A stretch of 64,000 nucleotides of DNA from the human T2T-CHM13v2.0 reference genome, Homo sapiens. The notes beneath the pieces are model-generated. The model had not been told where the DNA came from, did not search any database, and saw only the letters and a list, made by a program, of their open reading frames with translations. The stretch's first letter is position 1, and each line of letters begins with the position of its first letter. Location of the stretch: assembly GCF_009914755.1 (NCBI RefSeq), contig NC_060935.1. One strand, 5' to 3'. Below are positions 59,700 to 64,000 of this stretch, piece by piece. The position numbers and the translations under genes are program-made.

Positions 59700-60005
59700 T
59701 CAACTGTCACCAACCACAGCCTGTCAGCAGCGTGACTGGGAGAAGGAAAGCCTTGTCAAAGGCAGCCAGATTCCGCTTCTTGGTGTCAAGGAGAAAAGGA
59801 GAGGGGAGGGGAGTTCACTCAGACGCTGCAATCAAGATCAGGTCGTTCTTAATTAAGACAGCTCCAGGCAGCACATTTCCATAATTTCCCATTAAAGAGA
59901 TCCTGATGTATGAGTCATTGCGGGAGCTGTGATTCCCCGAGTCAGCACTGTTCTGTGTCTGAGGCTCCTCAAATCAAAAGGCTAATCAATTTCAATCACC
60001 CAGGC
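59700..60005. promoter_or_regulatory. Candidate enhancer (non-repetitive, motif-dense)
   Basis: AACCACA (RUNX), several TGTCA (MEIS/TGIF), TTAATTAA, TTTCCA (NFAT), TGAGTCA at 59911 (AP-1) and TAATCAAT; motif evidence only. Confidence 0.3.
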
Positions 60006-61511
60006 TTTCTGATTCCCTAAGAGGTGCCCAGCCCCATGCCAGACTCTGTGCCCAGCCTGGAGAGGGACACAGCAATGGATCTGGCTTTAGTTTCTGCTAC
60101 CCAGGGAAAAAGCCTTGTTTATTTCCTGACCTTGGGAGAGAGTCATGGATTCAGATGCAAATGGGCAGGGGGCTATTCCAGGTGGGCTCTGGTGCTTTCT
60201 GTGATAACGACCGGGAAATAGTGTGGGACTGAGGAAAGAATACTGGATTTGGAGATAGGAAGTCTGAGTTTCATTCAGCAAATCTTTGTTAGAGTCACCT
60301 TGTCCAGAGGCTTGGGATTCAAAGATGAATACCAGACAATTAGTGTCCTCAAGAAGCTCTAAGGGCGGGGATAGACTCTGAACTGAAAACTTGAGTTCAG
60401 TGTGGTAAGTGCTATATCGGGCAAGCACGAAGTGTTTTGGGAGTGCAGAGGAGGGAGAGCCTAATTGGCTGATGGAGGAGGGGTGGTGGAGTGGTTAAGA
60501 AGGTCTCATTTTTGGCTTCCTCAATTATTGTGATCATATAACCTTTAGTGAAACTCAGTTTCCTAATATGTAAAATGGGCATAATATAATTTTCTCAGGG
60601 CTGTTGTGAAAATTCTTGAGAGGGTGTATAGAAAGGTCTTGGCGGAACCTTCTTTGTACTTGTTCTTATATTTCCATGGTTGACTTTTTTCTAAGTATGA
60701 GCATCTTGAGAGCAGATGTTAACTGTGAGGCTGCCCTGGCATGTAGCACAGCAGACTCGTGTCACTTGTCATCTAGTCCTTTTGTATTGGTGGCATCCTG
60801 TGTATGGGGAAAAGACCAACAGACCACAGTAGTCCTGACGCATGTTCCTCTCTTCCCTTCTCAGCTTGGTCGCTCAGGCTGGAAGCAACAACTCCGAGTG
60901 TCTAAGACAAGGTAAAGTAATTTTTATTCTTTGGAAGAAGGCATGCAAGTGTGTCATACGATTTTAAAATATTTTTATTCCAAATAGATCTTAATACATG
61001 TTTTTAGGTTTGGCATCACTAGTGACCGTGAAACATGAACATTTCTATTTTGCAGGTGAAAATATATTTAGAGATCCTAAGTTACCTAAGATCACATAGG
61101 TATTACATTTTGCAGAGCTAAAATTCAAAGCAATATCTATGGATCTTGAAGCGCTAAGGTATTTCTGTGAAACCATGCTGAAGTTCACACGTGTAACTTC
61201 ATGACTTATACACTGATGTATCCCCACCAGTTATCTGCTCATTAATGACCCAATTTTGACTTCACAATAGTTAAAAAATATTACATGCAACATGCCAGTA
61301 AGTTCAGTTTGATCTCTGGTTCCAGCAAGATGGCAGATTAGGAATGCATAAAACTTTCCACATAAAAACACCTAGAAATGCTGGGTAAGGTATTATAATA
61401 ACCACTCAGAATGAATAGCTGAGTTTTCAAGAAAAAAGAGATCCCCTAGAGGCCCAAAGTGAAGAAGGAACTGAAAACCAAAGCAGTAAATACAGAGCTG
61501 AGTTTGTAGCT

Positions 61512-61512
<1 letters not shown>

Positions 61513-61547
<35 letters not shown>
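61513..61547. repeat. (TG)n microsatellite
   Basis: Pure TG run; similar runs at ~33919, ~46372 (CA) and ~58911. Confidence 0.9.
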
Positions 61548-61552
<5 letters not shown>

Positions 61553-61852
61553 GGTCTTGCTAATTTTGGTTATATCATCCACAGTAGGATGAGAGGACAG
61601 TCTTGACCTTGCTTAAGGCAGACTATTAGAATTGAGACCCTGGCATGAAACAATATGTTATCTCACCATAAAAATTACAAAATAAATGAAGAAATGATCC
61701 ATCCAGAATAAAAGTCAGGGGATATAATAAAAGGGATAATTAGATATTTAAGAGTTTAAGACACCAAAAATCAATATGAAAAAGAATATATAATAAGGAT
61801 TTTTAACATTATCAAGATAAAAGAATGAGCAAATTGAAAACAACAAATATAT

Positions 61853-62209
<357 letters not shown>

Positions 62210-63460
62210 AACAAATATAATTTTTAGATAAAACTATAATCATTGGAAATTTAAAAAGTCATTGGATTTGTTAAACAGCAAACACAGTTGAAGACCAAAT
62301 TAGTGAAATGGAAGCAAGATCTGAGGAAATTCCCAAAAAGAAGGACAGAGAGACAAAAGTATGGAAAAATATGTGTGTATATGTGTGTGTGTCTGTGTGT
62401 GTATACCAGAGAGTAAGCATAAGAATTTCATATAAATGTTCCTGCCTGTGTGCGTGCACATGCATGTGTGTGTGCATGCGTGTTTCTGTGTATGAAGTTC
62501 CAAATTCCAAATGCACAGAATACAGAGAATGGGGTAGAGATGGTATTTAAAGAGTTAAAGAGATATTAGCTGATACTCTTCCAGAACTGACAAAAGGCAA
62601 GGAACTGCAGATTCAGAAATGCCATGAATCCTGAGACTTACTGCAAAAAAGCCTTATATTAGAGGGGCTGCAGAGCTCTGAGAACAAAAAGAAAATCATA
62701 ACAGCAACGAGAGAAAAAAGACAAATTGCTAATAAAAGGACACTAGATTGACGACAGTCTTCTTAACTGCAACAATAGATTCTAGAAGACAATGAAAGAC
62801 TATTTTCAAGAGCTGAGGGAAAATAACTGTCAACTGAGAATTCTGTTCCATTATCACTCAAGAGTGAAGGTTAAGTAAAAGCGTTTTTAGATGAGGACTG
62901 TATAAATTACCACTAACTGACCCTTCCTTAAAGAACTAGTCAAGAGCACATTTCAGAAAAAAATGAAAACAAACCTAATAGGAAGAAGTGGGATGTAGAA
63001 AAATGACAATGAGCAAATAAATCATTACAGTTTTGGGTATATACAAAGGATACATCCCTCCTTACTGTATAAAATGAGAAAAATAACAACCAATTCCTTT
63101 GGTATACAAATAATACTGGTCAGTGATAACATAAATGATAAACAAATGTAAAGTTAAAATATATTGTTATTAGTAAGAGCAGTAAAACAATATATATATA
63201 AAACTTAGATATTGTTAAAATAAGTATGCATGTTCAAAAATTAAGAGTAACCACTATAAGAACTGATAGATGGTAGGCCTTACAAATCAATAGAGGGTAG
63301 AAAGAGAGGGAATAAATAAAACTCAATCCAATGGCAGGCAGGAAAAAAGAAAACAAAAAGAAAAACTAGAGTAAGTAGAAGGCATAAAATAAGAAGGTAG
63401 AAACAAATACAAATATATCAATAAATGAAATAATTACAAATGAAACAAACTCACCACTTA

Positions 63461-63783
<323 letters not shown>

Positions 63784-64000
63784 CCCAGAAGCTCTCAAAC
63801 TGGCTACAAAACAAAATGCTATTTAGGGGAGTTATTTCAAAAACATAGGAACTGAGAATGATGAAAATAAAGAAAATAAAAAATAAAAATGGAAAATTAA
63901 AAAAAGAAAATATATAAATGAAAATACCGATCATAAGAAAACTAGTATAGATATGTTAGTAAGATAATACAGGTTTTATTTTTGTTAAGTAAAAAGAGGG

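Overview
Repeat-dense primate (human-like) intergenic or intronic DNA. I found no recognisable protein-coding exon, CpG island or RNA gene. The long ORFs come from L1, MaLR or Tigger1 remnants, or from a minisatellite. Contents: the 5' end of an L1PA7/8 (minus strand) with an ORF0-like antisense ORF; a full-length THE1D/MSTA-type MaLR provirus; a near full-length L1MA9 carrying nested Alus, a Tigger3b and a doubly truncated L1PA6/7; an L1PA15/16; an MLT1H-type provirus with nested MLT1A, Ricksha and MER2; Tigger1, MER1B and MER85; many Alu/MIR/L2 copies; and a ~1 kb 22-bp minisatellite. Two signals are not explained by ordinary repeat annotation. (1) At least four templated-insertion or template-switch scars (~4.4, 12.6, 37.3 and 61.9 kb); three of them copy sequence from 1.5-5.3 kb upstream in this window. 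(2) A ~51-nt, apparently structured, A-tailed retrocopy with a target-site duplication at ~31.5 kb, implying an unannotated small-RNA source. Repeat family and subfamily names come from memory of consensus sequences, not from a RepeatMasker run.
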